Assembly: GCA_003514005.1 (NCBI GenBank)
Contig: DOSJ01000017.1
Location: 1 to 55,263, forward strand
Length of the DNA: 55,263 bases
Reading direction: 5' to 3'
Source of the DNA: Candidatus Falkowbacteria bacterium
GTDB taxonomy: Bacteria > Patescibacteriota > Patescibacteriia > Patescibacteriales > UBA12075
The position numbers and the translations under genes are program-made. Of the stretch, positions 8,365 to 17,898 are shown piece after piece; the stretch's first letter is position 1; each line of letters opens with the position of its first letter. The notes under the pieces were generated by a model. It was not told the origin of the DNA and searched no databases. It worked only from the letters and a program-made list of their open reading frames with translations.

Positions 8365-8393
8365 ATTATATAAAATATTGTATAAATTGTCAA
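8365..8393 (-). promoter_or_regulatory. consensus sigma70 promoter of the AAA gene
   Basis: TTGACA-17nt-TATAAT on the minus strand. Confidence 0.75.
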
Positions 8394-8394
8394 G

Positions 8395-8958
8395 TCACTC
8401 ATAATGTCGCGAAGAAACCGTTGTCTGCATAACAGTAGGCTGACTATGCGAACCGGCATTCACCGCTTCGGTTTCGATTTTTATGGTGACACGGGATTGG
8501 ATCGTACGCGGTGGTGAAGGATTATTAACATTATCGGTTACCACAAAATCTAGTTTAGTTATTTCAATATCGTTTGGGGTAACCGGTAAAACATCTGCAT
8601 CGCGTTTAATTTCCAATTTATTATTATTCAAATAGTATTCTACACATTGGCCTTCTTTATTTTTAAAAAATAAATGCCCATTAACACCGGTGCCTGTTGT
8701 AAAATAAATTTCTTTATCGGACGCGCCATTACAATCCTTATTCATGATAATCGCGCTCCGAATTTCCTTGCTCATAATCTCAAATAAATAGCGGAGATTT
8801 TCTTGTGTATTCTGTCCGGCAATCGCGCTTTTTTGCGCTTCGACGGTTGACTTAAAAATATTCAATGTCAAAGCTCCCAAAATAATAAAAATACTGATAG
8901 TGAGCATGATCTCGATAAGTGATGTGCCGGTTTGGGTTTTGATTGGTTTTTTTTGCAT
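8395..8958 (-). CDS. type IV pilin-like protein (PilW-like)
   Basis: G|TSLIEIML prepilin motif and MSKEIR. Confidence 0.85.
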   Translation of the reverse strand: MQKKPIKTQTGTSLIEIMLTISIFIILGALTLNIFKSTVEAQKSAIAGQNTQENLRYLFEIMSKEIRSAIIMNKDCNGASDKEIYFTTGTGVNGHLFFKNKEGQCVEYYLNNNKLEIKRDADVLPVTPNDIEITKLDFVVTDNVNNPSPPRTIQSRVTIKIETEAVNAGSHSQPTVMQTTVSSRHYE

Positions 8959-8999
8959 TTGGTGATTTATGATTTTTGATTTATGTTATATGATTTTTT

Positions 9000-9554
9000 T
9001 TATTTCCAATCATACAAATAAGTTTCCGCGATATAGTCTTTTAACACACCTCTGTCTTGCCATTGAACGTGGGATTTTATTTTATAGTAATCGTCTTCTC
9101 CGTCAGAATTCAGATCTCCTCCTGGTGTTGCCGTAATCAAACGATAATATTGTGTCGGAATGTTACCAGTCGAAGTATGTGTATAAAAATTAGTTACACT
9201 GTCTAAAAAAAGTCTAGCGTTATCACTGTCAGTAATATTCGCAGGACTTGCATCGTCGATATCAATTATACCATCGGTATCTATTTTAAAATCAAAGTCT
9301 GCACCATCAGCAATACCAATGTCCCAATTAGTCGGATCCACTAACCAATTCTCATCCCGCACATTGCGGACCATCTCAATGCCTTCTTGCGCGAGCATGG
9401 ATGCGACAAGCATATTTTTATTGCCTCTTTGTACCTGGATATTCTGCATCACCAAAGAAAAAACACCCAAAAGGCCGATACTGACCACTGCCATTACGAT
9501 GGAGGCTTCAATTATTGAGAAGCCGGGGGATTGTTTTAGTTTTTTTAAAATCAT
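9000..9554 (-). CDS. type IV pilin-like protein (PilV-like)
   Basis: G|FSIIE prepilin motif and ASMLAQEGIEMVRN. Start moved to MILKK because the upstream extension is translated repeat DNA. Confidence 0.8.
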   Translation of the reverse strand: MILKKLKQSPGFSIIEASIVMAVVSIGLLGVFSLVMQNIQVQRGNKNMLVASMLAQEGIEMVRNVRDENWLVDPTNWDIGIADGADFDFKIDTDGIIDIDDASPANITDSDNARLFLDSVTNFYTHTSTGNIPTQYYRLITATPGGDLNSDGEDDYYKIKSHVQWQDRGVLKDYIAETYLYDWK

Positions 9555-9628
9555 GGGGTTTTGATTTTCGATTGCCGATTTCCGAATTATTTCATTCGCC
9601 ATTCGAAAATCGTAAATCGCAAATTTCT

Positions 9629-10192
9629 TCATTCAACATCAATTAGGCCGAATTTATTTATTTTTATAGTTCTTTCGTGCGTGCTGTCTGAATTAGTCAA
9701 AGTTAAAATTGCTTCCGTACCAGAAGTACAAACACCTGAATTATCACAAAGCCAAGTATTTGGATTTGGCGGTTCAAAAGATATATACAGCGAATTCTTT
9801 GCAGTTCCATCCAACTTCATTTCTCCATTTTTCATAAAAATATCATTAAGAAACAAAATTTTTTCACCATAGTCTTCTCCATTATCTCTTTTATGATCTC
9901 CGTCAGTATCTTTAAAAAAATAAAAACCATCATTGTTACCCGGATTATCTCTTAAAAATAAACCCCATCCCCCAAGGGGTACACTTCCGCCGTCTTCCTT
10001 CATACTCAAAGCAAAACTCTGTGCTTTGCGGATATCGCTGGCGAGTTTGTAGGCGGCTAGATCTACTTTGGTTTTTTTGTCATGGCCTTTGAAGTTTGTC
10101 ACAGCCATGGTGGAGATGATCGCGATGATTGCGACGCTGACCACAAGCTCGACCAAGGTGAAGCCGGATGAATTATTTTTTATATTTGACAT
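9629..10192 (-). CDS. type IV pilin-like protein (FimT/GspH-like)
   Basis: G|FTLVELVV motif and LASDIRKAQSFAL. Confidence 0.85.
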   Translation of the reverse strand: MSNIKNNSSGFTLVELVVSVAIIAIISTMAVTNFKGHDKKTKVDLAAYKLASDIRKAQSFALSMKEDGGSVPLGGWGLFLRDNPGNNDGFYFFKDTDGDHKRDNGEDYGEKILFLNDIFMKNGEMKLDGTAKNSLYISFEPPNPNTWLCDNSGVCTSGTEAILTLTNSDSTHERTIKINKFGLIDVE

Positions 10193-10203
10193 TATTTTCT
10201 TGC

Positions 10204-10366
10204 CTGAACCGCTGATTAGCGCTGATTTACGCATGATTACGCTGAAAATATTTTTAAAATATAATACTGTAAACCATGATTATAAATTATTACTTGAATT
10301 ATCTCTAAACTAATAAAAACAACAATCAGTGAAATCAGCGTAAATCTGTGCTAATCAGTGGTTCAG
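10204..10366. repeat. periodic inverted repeat (GCTGATT-type)
   Basis: CTGAACCGCTGATTAGCGCTGATTTACGC pairs with GCGTAAATCTGTGCTAATCAGTGGTTCAG. Confidence 0.8.
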
Positions 10367-10441
10367 ACTTTCTAAAAAACCGGCCGGCTAAAAACACCGG
10401 CCGATTTTTTTATTCAAAAAAAATTTTGTTTAGTCCAAAAA

Positions 10442-12574
10442 TTATTTCTTAGTCTCAATCCATTTCGGAAGTTTTTGCATGACATCAGAGGATTTGGTTC
10501 CAGAGCATGAATAACCAGTGGTTGTGTCAGTGACCGTAAATTGAATAGTACTATCCATAGCAGTGTTAAAATTAATTATCGTATCAATTTCATCATCAGT
10601 TGCGATATTTGCATTTAAACCAGATATTTCTTCCCAAAAATAGGTGCAATTAGCATCACAATTCACATATGAAGAACCATCAAAATATTTAGCACCACTC
10701 ATAAATTGAATATCTTGTCCGGCGTTTATTTCCAAGGGTAAGTGAGTTATGGCGGATGTTGGAAATTCATTTTCAAATGTTGTGAATGTTAGGGGGTTGC
10801 CATCATCAACAAATAAAACATTTGGAGAATCTGTTGGGCTATTATACGGTGTAACCATAGAACTACCGCCTTTGTCATCAGTAACTATTACTTCCCATTT
10901 ATAAGAAGTATTATAAACTAACCCATGTGAGGCATTAAGCGTAAAGGAACATGTGTCTCCGTCTGTCCAACCTACGCAATTTGCACAATTTGCGGTCGCG
11001 CTATTACAAACACCGGAATAAAAAACAGTGTTATTGTCAGACGCTTTTTTCACCCACAGTTGATAAGACTGTAATATATCACCATCAGTGTCATTAAATT
11101 TCCAATCTAATTTTGCGCGAAGCGCATTTGCTAAACATACTGCTATGTTTGGCGCAGTCATATTTGAAATTGTCGGCACAGCGTTCAATGATCCATTCAA
11201 CACAACTTTATAATCCGAAACATCGCACAAATTTTCACATGTACCGCCTGAACAATCGCCAGCAACCGTGCAAATAGCGCCGGCGTTACTTCCTCCGTTG
11301 CAAATCTTGGCATAATTTGAACAATTAAAACTTATCCATCCAATACCTGTCCCGCCGACACCTTCATTATATGCCCAACCGCTAAAAACATTACCGCTCA
11401 AAAAAACACCATAATTTGGAAGTGTTGTTTCGTTATCGTCATCAAATCTAATCCATCCATTATCCCCCAATGAAAGAATCTTTGCCCAGCCGGTTACAAC
11501 GCCAGTCCCTGTGTCTAATTTTGCGATCATTCCAGATCCAGAACCAGGATCATCTGTCGGAGAATTTGGTGGATTTCCTGTGTCACCATCTGATGTTCCG
11601 CAATCTTTATCCGTTCCACACCGATTAAAACTAATCCATCCGACATTTTCATTCCAAGCATATCCGGAAAATTCACCTGTGCCTAGATCAATATTAGTGC
11701 CATAAGTAGTATATGCCGTTGCCGGACATCCGGACGGATTACCAAGATAGTTAATTCCGTCATTATCACAATCATTAGAATTAAAGCTAATCCACCCTAC
11801 CCCCGAATTCCAACCCCAACCACTGACATTTGGTCCGGATGGCGGGAGAATGACACTCGTCATTTCAACGCCATATTCACTTATCTCACAAGAATCTTTG
11901 CACGTTCCACCGCCAGTGCAAGCACTATTGTCCATACAGATAGTTCCATTATTTGTCCCTCCGTCGCAAACAAAATAATTCGAACAATTAAAACTAACCC
12001 AACCTATACCTGGCGCGACCGAACCGCTATTGTACGCCCAACCGCTGAATTTGCCTGTCCCGCCGACATCAATGCTAACCTCGTCCGTACCGACAAGTCC
12101 ATGATCAAACCTAATCCAGCCGTCATTCCCCATTGAAAGAATTTTTGCCCAGCCGGTTACAGTATCATCACTAGTATTCATTTTTGCAATAGGGTCGCTT
12201 ATGGCACCAGTATTATACGGCGCTTCTGGCGGATTTCCGGTTACAGAGCGCTCAAAACTTATCCATCCCAAATTACTACTCCAGGCATTTCCAGAAAAAT
12301 CACCGGTCGTCTCATCAACTTTTACACCATAATTCGGATAATTAGTACCAATAGCCGGGCAACCAAGAGTACCGTCCGACGTACACGCAAGTCCGATACA
12401 ATCCGCATCGCATCCTGTTGAATTAAAACTAATCCATCCATAAAGTGAATTCCATGCCCAGCCCTTGATATTATCGTCCGTACTCGCTATCGCCCTATTT
12501 TGCAAAACAAAAAAACTGCCGAATATAACTAGAATGAAAAGAAAGATAATTTTTATTTTTGAAAAATATTGCAT
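10442..12574 (-). CDS. large secreted Cys-rich protein with GWAW/GWISFN repeats (pilus-associated adhesin candidate)
   Basis: Signal peptide, repeated GWA(W/Y)N...GWISFN units, C-terminal Ig-like region; located inside the pilin cluster. Confidence 0.75.
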   Translation of the reverse strand: MQYFSKIKIIFLFILVIFGSFFVLQNRAIASTDDNIKGWAWNSLYGWISFNSTGCDADCIGLACTSDGTLGCPAIGTNYPNYGVKVDETTGDFSGNAWSSNLGWISFERSVTGNPPEAPYNTGAISDPIAKMNTSDDTVTGWAKILSMGNDGWIRFDHGLVGTDEVSIDVGGTGKFSGWAYNSGSVAPGIGWVSFNCSNYFVCDGGTNNGTICMDNSACTGGGTCKDSCEISEYGVEMTSVILPPSGPNVSGWGWNSGVGWISFNSNDCDNDGINYLGNPSGCPATAYTTYGTNIDLGTGEFSGYAWNENVGWISFNRCGTDKDCGTSDGDTGNPPNSPTDDPGSGSGMIAKLDTGTGVVTGWAKILSLGDNGWIRFDDDNETTLPNYGVFLSGNVFSGWAYNEGVGGTGIGWISFNCSNYAKICNGGSNAGAICTVAGDCSGGTCENLCDVSDYKVVLNGSLNAVPTISNMTAPNIAVCLANALRAKLDWKFNDTDGDILQSYQLWVKKASDNNTVFYSGVCNSATANCANCVGWTDGDTCSFTLNASHGLVYNTSYKWEVIVTDDKGGSSMVTPYNSPTDSPNVLFVDDGNPLTFTTFENEFPTSAITHLPLEINAGQDIQFMSGAKYFDGSSYVNCDANCTYFWEEISGLNANIATDDEIDTIINFNTAMDSTIQFTVTDTTTGYSCSGTKSSDVMQKLPKWIETKK

Positions 12575-12704
12575 ATTAAAATTATTTTTAAAAAATCTTT
12601 AAACTATTTTTCATCCAAAAAATAAATCCCTTAATAATTTATAATGAATGATTTATGATATAAGATTTAATTTTAATTACATCCTAAATCTAAAATCATA
12701 AATC

Positions 12705-13523
12705 CTACATCAATACCCCCCAATACCACTGCAATATCACCTCCCCCCAAAACAAAACAATAATCGTTGCCGGCGCCAGAAATATACCCAAAGGAATCTG
12801 CGAGCCCAGGCTTTTCTTTTTGGTTAGCAAAAGAAAGATACCGACAATCGAGCCAATGATATATGCGAGAAATATCGCGACCAATACCATCGGCCAACCA
12901 AGAGTAAGACCCATGAGCAAACCGAGACGAATATCACCGCCACCAATCCATTTACCACGGGAAACCACAAATTGGATTAAAAAGAAACTTGCTCCTATTA
13001 TACCAGAAATCAGAAGATTTTGCCAATTTTGCCCGGTAGCCAAATTTAAAGCAAATATTATTGCACAGGCAGGCAAAGTGACAATATCAAGTATCAAATA
13101 CCATTTTAGGTCGTAGATGAAGATGATTGTCATTACGCTGATTATGAACCAGGATTTTAAAGTTAGAAGGAAGAAGTAAGAAGTAAGAAATTGAGATGTT
13201 TCAAAATTTAAAATTGAATAAAAATTAAAAAATACAAATTTCAAATTCACAACCATCGCCATCACAAACAAAACCGCAGTAAAAAACTCCACCACCGGGT
13301 ACTGCCATGATATCTTCGCCCCGCAGTGTCGACATTTGCCACGGAGGATGATAAAGCTTAGTAACGGAATATTGTCATACCAAGCAATGATTTTTTTACA
13401 CTTCGTGCACATTGAACGGCCGAGGATAGTTTTTTCTTCGTGCAAGCGCCAGATTAGGCAATTCAAAAAAGAGCCGATTGCTAGTCCGGCGATAAAAGAT
13501 ATAAATAGGGCGTAGTAATACAT
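12705..13523 (-). CDS. pilD: prepilin peptidase (A24)
   Basis: GSFLN, two CxxC pairs, DNIPLLSF, YDLK and GGGD motifs. Confidence 0.95.
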   Translation of the reverse strand: MYYYALFISFIAGLAIGSFLNCLIWRLHEEKTILGRSMCTKCKKIIAWYDNIPLLSFIILRGKCRHCGAKISWQYPVVEFFTAVLFVMAMVVNLKFVFFNFYSILNFETSQFLTSYFFLLTLKSWFIISVMTIIFIYDLKWYLILDIVTLPACAIIFALNLATGQNWQNLLISGIIGASFFLIQFVVSRGKWIGGGDIRLGLLMGLTLGWPMVLVAIFLAYIIGSIVGIFLLLTKKKSLGSQIPLGIFLAPATIIVLFWGEVILQWYWGVLM

Positions 13524-13548
13524 TGGATAATTTTATTAGAGAGGTTTT

Positions 13549-13632
13549 TTAGGTACTTAGGTACTTAGGTACTTAGGAATTTTTTTACCTAATTACCTAA
13601 GTACCTAATATCCTAATTACCTAAGTACCTAA
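13549..13632. repeat. TTAGGTAC 8-mer tandem/inverted hairpin
   Basis: (TTAGGTAC)n followed by (TACCTAA)n; same family at 41149-41222. Confidence 0.85.
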
Positions 13633-13635
13633 TCT

Positions 13636-14094
13636 CTAATTAACCAACCCTCCCGCCTTCACCCGATGCGCCCCCTTCTTCACGCTCCCCGACCCGATCT
13701 CCAAACGGTAATTGATTATAAATCCTTTTGCGTCTTCAAAACCTGCTTCGCAATATTCACCAGCAACATCCTGGCAAGGTGTATAAACATATCTTTCATT
13801 TGTTTTTGGGTCAAGCGGATATTCGTCTAAACACAGATTGCGTTCGCATTCGTCTGCTCTTTTTACCTCGCTTCGTACTAGTACTCTGGCCGGATAAATA
13901 TTTTTTTCTTTGTAAAACATTAGTAAATCAGTCTGTAAACGGCTAAGGTCGGACAAGCGGATGATGTCACGTGATTGACGACTGACAGTATAAATGCCCA
14001 GCATTGTCAAAACCAAAAACAAAACAAAAATAAACCCGCCGGCAGAATATAGGTAGATTTTGTTTTTTTGTTTTGGAGTTAGGGTTTGTTTCAT
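13636..14094 (-). CDS. pilin-like (GspG-like) protein
   Basis: N-terminal TM helix, SRDIIRLSDL...L..FY...YP and PLDP motifs. Confidence 0.7.
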   Translation of the reverse strand: MKQTLTPKQKNKIYLYSAGGFIFVLFLVLTMLGIYTVSRQSRDIIRLSDLSRLQTDLLMFYKEKNIYPARVLVRSEVKRADECERNLCLDEYPLDPKTNERYVYTPCQDVAGEYCEAGFEDAKGFIINYRLEIGSGSVKKGAHRVKAGGLVN

Positions 14095-14233
14095 TTTTTA
14101 CTTCGCTAAAACGCGGATTTATGCAGATGATTATATAGTGATTATAGCATAAAAAATGGAAAAAATAAAAATAAAAAAACCGTCAAGCATTTTTACTTCT
14201 TGCCAGGCTGAGGTTTTTTCGGTTTTTTCGGGA

Positions 14234-14262
14234 TTGACATTTTGATGAAATTTAATTACAAT
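14234..14262 (+). promoter_or_regulatory. sigma70 promoter facing the second cassette cluster (Pc-like)
   Basis: TTGACA-17nt-TACAAT. Confidence 0.7.
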
Positions 14263-14499
14263 AAGGAGTGAGATATTTGCATCATCAGACAACTAATTTA
14301 TGCGACTACAAGAAATTTTAGTCTTTTCTTCTTATAATAATTTAATGAAAATGATGTAATTAGTATTTTAAATAATAAATATCCTGATAAATTACAATAA
14401 AAAATTTTAAAAAATCAAATTTTCTTAGATGCAAGATTAGATTATAATTATATAAACAACGAGATAAAAAATTGACATCTAAACTATCTTCTTCCTTCT

Positions 14500-14916
14500 A
14501 TGAACACGAAGCATAAAATTATTCCTAAACTAATTGCTCCCTGTGGAATGAATTGTGGAATTTGTTTGGGATATCTTAGAGAAAAAAATAAATGTCTTGG
14601 GTGTAGAGGAGTTGATAAAAATAAACCCGATGGTTGTAGAAAATGTATAATAAAAAGTTGCCAAATTCTCAAAAATAATAAAATGCTTTTTTGTTCGGAC
14701 AAGTGTGAAAAATTTCCTTGCGCAAGATTAAAAAATCTTGATAAAAGATACAGAACAAAGTATAAGATGAGTATGTTAGAGAATCTTGAGAATATTAAAA
14801 AATTTGAAATTAAAAAATTTGTTAAATTCGAACAAAAAAGATGGAAGTGTCCAAAATGCGGAGAATTGCTTTGTGTTCATAGGGATTCTTGTTTGAATTG
14901 TGGCGAAAAAAGATAG
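14500..14916 (+). CDS. DUF3795-like Cys-rich protein
   Basis: APCGMNCGIC, CLGC, C..C.KFPC and terminal CPKC...C..C; followed by an attC. Confidence 0.8.
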   Translation: MNTKHKIIPKLIAPCGMNCGICLGYLREKNKCLGCRGVDKNKPDGCRKCIIKSCQILKNNKMLFCSDKCEKFPCARLKNLDKRYRTKYKMSMLENLENIKKFEIKKFVKFEQKRWKCPKCGELLCVHRDSCLNCGEKR

Positions 14917-14982
14917 TATATATCACCGCCTTGCGTCATACTGTGTCTCCTTTCAATCGGCATTTTTTCTTGCAGAAAAAAC

Positions 14983-15066
14983 ACATAACAGCGATTATCT
15001 GGTTCGGACTTGCAGTCCTCACCCAAATTTCACTTCGTGAAACTTCAGATAATCGCGATGTTAAAT
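14983..15066 (+). other. attC-like site (84 bp)
   Basis: ACATAAC-AGCGATTATCTG ... CAGATAATCG-CGAT-GTTAAAT; same length and branched layout as 2140-2223. Confidence 0.8.
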
Positions 15067-15198
15067 GAAATTTTATTCAAAAATATTTTTTCATTTTTTA
15101 TTGAGCCCTTTTTGAAATTTTTTTTGGAAAAGAAAAACCCACCGTTCCTTTCGTACTAAGTGGGGTGCATTGAGAGTTATCCGCGAGATTATCACGAA

Positions 15199-15669
15199 CT
15201 ATTCATAGCAGATTGTGAATTCCCTCACACCACCACTATAGGATGGCACAGTGGAAATAGAAATTATCCGCACATTTGGGTGAGCGTTCTTCCATTCTTG
15301 CAAAGAACGAATTCCATGAACGGCTATCTCAGGTTCGCGCGACATTCGGTCGCTTCGGTTGATGCGTGCGAACTTCTGTTGTGAGTTGTCACCTGATACG
15401 AAATAGATGATGTATCCGCTCACGCCCTCACGGTATGCAAGCACACCGGAGAACGAGACAACTTTTTTGCTACGGTTTGCACGGAGCCACTGATTCAACA
15501 TTGTGATATCGTCTACGTACTCCCTGCTCTGTGTGTAGACTTGAGTATTCACGAACGCAAAGTCCTGCATCTCCGTGACCGACTTAGGTTCGCTACTGTT
15601 CACACCAGAGCAACCAATAGCCATGGTTAAGAAAGTAATAAAAAGTGCTGCAAATATTCTCATCCTCAT
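15199..15669 (-). CDS. hypothetical lipoprotein
   Basis: Signal peptide with lipobox AIGC; GGAGG RBS; two similar internal halves (..LNQW...N..K/R..IS). Confidence 0.75.
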   Translation of the reverse strand: MRMRIFAALFITFLTMAIGCSGVNSSEPKSVTEMQDFAFVNTQVYTQSREYVDDITMLNQWLRANRSKKVVSFSGVLAYREGVSGYIIYFVSGDNSQQKFARINRSDRMSREPEIAVHGIRSLQEWKNAHPNVRIISISTVPSYSGGVREFTICYE

Positions 15670-15728
15670 GGAAATCCTCCTTCTTTGCGGGTTTTATGTA
15701 CAATTACGCCAAAATTAGCATTCAAAGT

Positions 15729-15757
15729 AGTATAGCAGAAAACGGCCATCCTGTCAA
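15729..15757 (-). promoter_or_regulatory. sigma70 promoter of the lipoprotein gene
   Basis: TTGACA-17nt-TATACT on the minus strand. Confidence 0.75.
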
Positions 15758-15776
15758 GCCCAACAACCGTGGGTCA

Positions 15777-17142
15777 CTAGTGTCCGGTTAAAATATCCCC
15801 AAAAATAGAAAAAGCCCCTAATTTACGTTATAATATTTGTATCGAGCAAACATTCAACTTAAATTAAAAGGCTATTTCTATGAATTATACTAACACAATT
15901 TTCAATCAATTGCTAAATTTCTTGCCTCGCTGTAAATTCAATCAATTTGTCGGACAGCACGAAAACGATAAATACACGAAACGTTTGACTACGTGGAATC
16001 AATTAGTGGCATTGATATATGCCCAGGCTACTGGCAAAGATAGCCTGCGTGAGATTGAGACCGGTTTCAACTTGAATAAAAATATCTGGTATCATTTGGG
16101 CGTAGGTTCAGTCGCCAGATCAAGCCTAGCGGATGCCAATAGTCGGCGCAGTTATCAGATATTTGAAAAATTATTCTATTCGCTATTAAGACAATTTCAA
16201 GAAATCATTCCCGAGGAAAACAAATTTGATTTTAAAAACCCGCTTTATTCCTTTGATTCTACCACGATTGAACTATGCTTGAATATTTTTGACTGGGCCA
16301 AGTTCCGTACCGCCAAAGGCGCATTAAAAATTCATACCCTTTTAAATAATCGCACTACCGTTCCGGAATTGTTAAATATTACTAATGGCAAAGTCGCCGA
16401 TGTCAGAGCGCTGAAAGAAATGGATTTGAATTTACCGCCACAAAGCGTGATTGTTTTTGATAGGGCATATATCGATTATGATTTATGGGATGAAATTAAA
16501 GAGAAAAAATGGTATTTTGTATCGCGGACAAAAATCAGCCAGAATTTGTTTGTTATCGGACAGCATGATATTGCAAAAACATTGGCTAAAAACATCCTAG
16601 CGGATGAACAAGTAATCTACGGCGATTACACGGCAATGCAGAATCACGGAGATATGGTATTGAGGAGGATTAGATATTACCACGAGAAAGATGAGAGAGA
16701 ATATGAATATTTGACCAATAATTTTGATCTGTCCGCTACTCAGATCGCCGAAATCTACAAACAACGCTGGCAGATTGAATTATTTTTTAAATGGATCAAA
16801 CAAAATTTGAAAATCAAAACATTTCTCGGCACTTCCGAGAACGCTGTAATGACGCAAATATGGGTGGCTATGATTTATTATTTGCTATTGGCGTATATAA
16901 AGTTTCAAACAAAGTTTAAAAAATCACTCTTGGAATTAACCAGAATGATTAGGGAGGTATTGTTAACCAGAAGAGATTTAATAGATTTATTATCCTTGAA
17001 CCTTAATACCGTCCTTAAGCTTAAAAAAATAGATGATAATCCACAGATGAGTTTTTGGTAGAAAGAAGAGTGCTAAGAAATTGTTAATTGAATGAAATTT
17101 GATGCTGGAAATTTAGGTTTTGGAATTTTAACCGGACACTAG
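15777..17142 (+). mobile_element. IS4-family insertion sequence
   Basis: Perfect 18-bp terminal inverted repeats CTAGTGTCCGGTTAAAAT (15777-15794 and 17125-17142); the terminal CTAG may be the target duplication. Confidence 0.92.
15880..17061 (+). CDS. IS4-family DDE transposase (DUF4372-type N-terminus)
   Basis: DSTT, FDRAY and Y..RWQIELFFKWIKQ (YREK-type) motifs. Confidence 0.95.
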   Translation: MNYTNTIFNQLLNFLPRCKFNQFVGQHENDKYTKRLTTWNQLVALIYAQATGKDSLREIETGFNLNKNIWYHLGVGSVARSSLADANSRRSYQIFEKLFYSLLRQFQEIIPEENKFDFKNPLYSFDSTTIELCLNIFDWAKFRTAKGALKIHTLLNNRTTVPELLNITNGKVADVRALKEMDLNLPPQSVIVFDRAYIDYDLWDEIKEKKWYFVSRTKISQNLFVIGQHDIAKTLAKNILADEQVIYGDYTAMQNHGDMVLRRIRYYHEKDEREYEYLTNNFDLSATQIAEIYKQRWQIELFFKWIKQNLKIKTFLGTSENAVMTQIWVAMIYYLLLAYIKFQTKFKKSLLELTRMIREVLLTRRDLIDLLSLNLNTVLKLKKIDDNPQMSFW

Positions 17143-17861
17143 CGCCTCTGCCCCTTCCCCAAATTCAAATAATAAATCCTCTTCTCCTCATCCAACCTCT
17201 CAATCGCATAACGCAAACAAGTGCGCGACATTGCCAGTGCATATTTATCTAAAAATGAAGTTAATTCTTTTTCACCAATGGCGGATTTCTTGCCCAACTC
17301 GCGAAGCATCCAGCCGACTGCTTTGTGCATTAAATCTTCTTTGTCGCCAAGCAGTAATTCGGATAATTTAAGCGTATCCTTAAAATCAAACGCGCGGATA
17401 AAGGCATACGTGGAAATAATCGCTATGCGCCGCTCCCAAAGCATTTTTGATTTTGCCAATTTATATAATAGATCGCGCGGCTTATCAAGCAAATACGCAC
17501 CAATGATATAGTGAGCGCTTAAATCAACCAAATCCCAATTATTAATCCATCTGGTGTTTTTTAAATATAGTTTATAAATTTTTTCACGCAATTTTTCATC
17601 ACCGGCCTTAAATTGATTAACCAAAATAATTAAAGCCGTCAAACGATGCTCATGATACTTGGAGTGTAAAAGATCCTCTGCGTCTTTCAGCGAAAGATTT
17701 TTGAACTTGGACGCAACCATTCTTTGGGCCGGCACTTTAATCCCAAGAAATATGTCCCCTTCCCCATACTGCTCTGGACCCGTCTTAAAAAAACCATGCA
17801 GAATTTTCGCCTGATTTTTGTTAGCTAGAGAATTTAATTCTTTCGTTATTTTAGCAAACAT
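17139..17861 (-). CDS. DNA alkylation repair protein (AlkD-like HEAT-repeat glycosylase)
   Basis: NNWDLVD, WERR and KAVGWMLRE motifs. Confidence 0.9.
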   Translation of the reverse strand: MFAKITKELNSLANKNQAKILHGFFKTGPEQYGEGDIFLGIKVPAQRMVASKFKNLSLKDAEDLLHSKYHEHRLTALIILVNQFKAGDEKLREKIYKLYLKNTRWINNWDLVDLSAHYIIGAYLLDKPRDLLYKLAKSKMLWERRIAIISTYAFIRAFDFKDTLKLSELLLGDKEDLMHKAVGWMLRELGKKSAIGEKELTSFLDKYALAMSRTCLRYAIERLDEEKRIYYLNLGKGQRR

Positions 17862-17898
17862 AAGAAAAATTAAAAACAGCTAATCAGTTTAGCCATTT

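Noticed and set aside
9555-9632. N-terminal extensions of pilin ORFs (also 10193-10234)
   Set aside because: They are translations of periodic repeat DNA; downstream Met codons sit at normal distance from the prepilin cleavage site.
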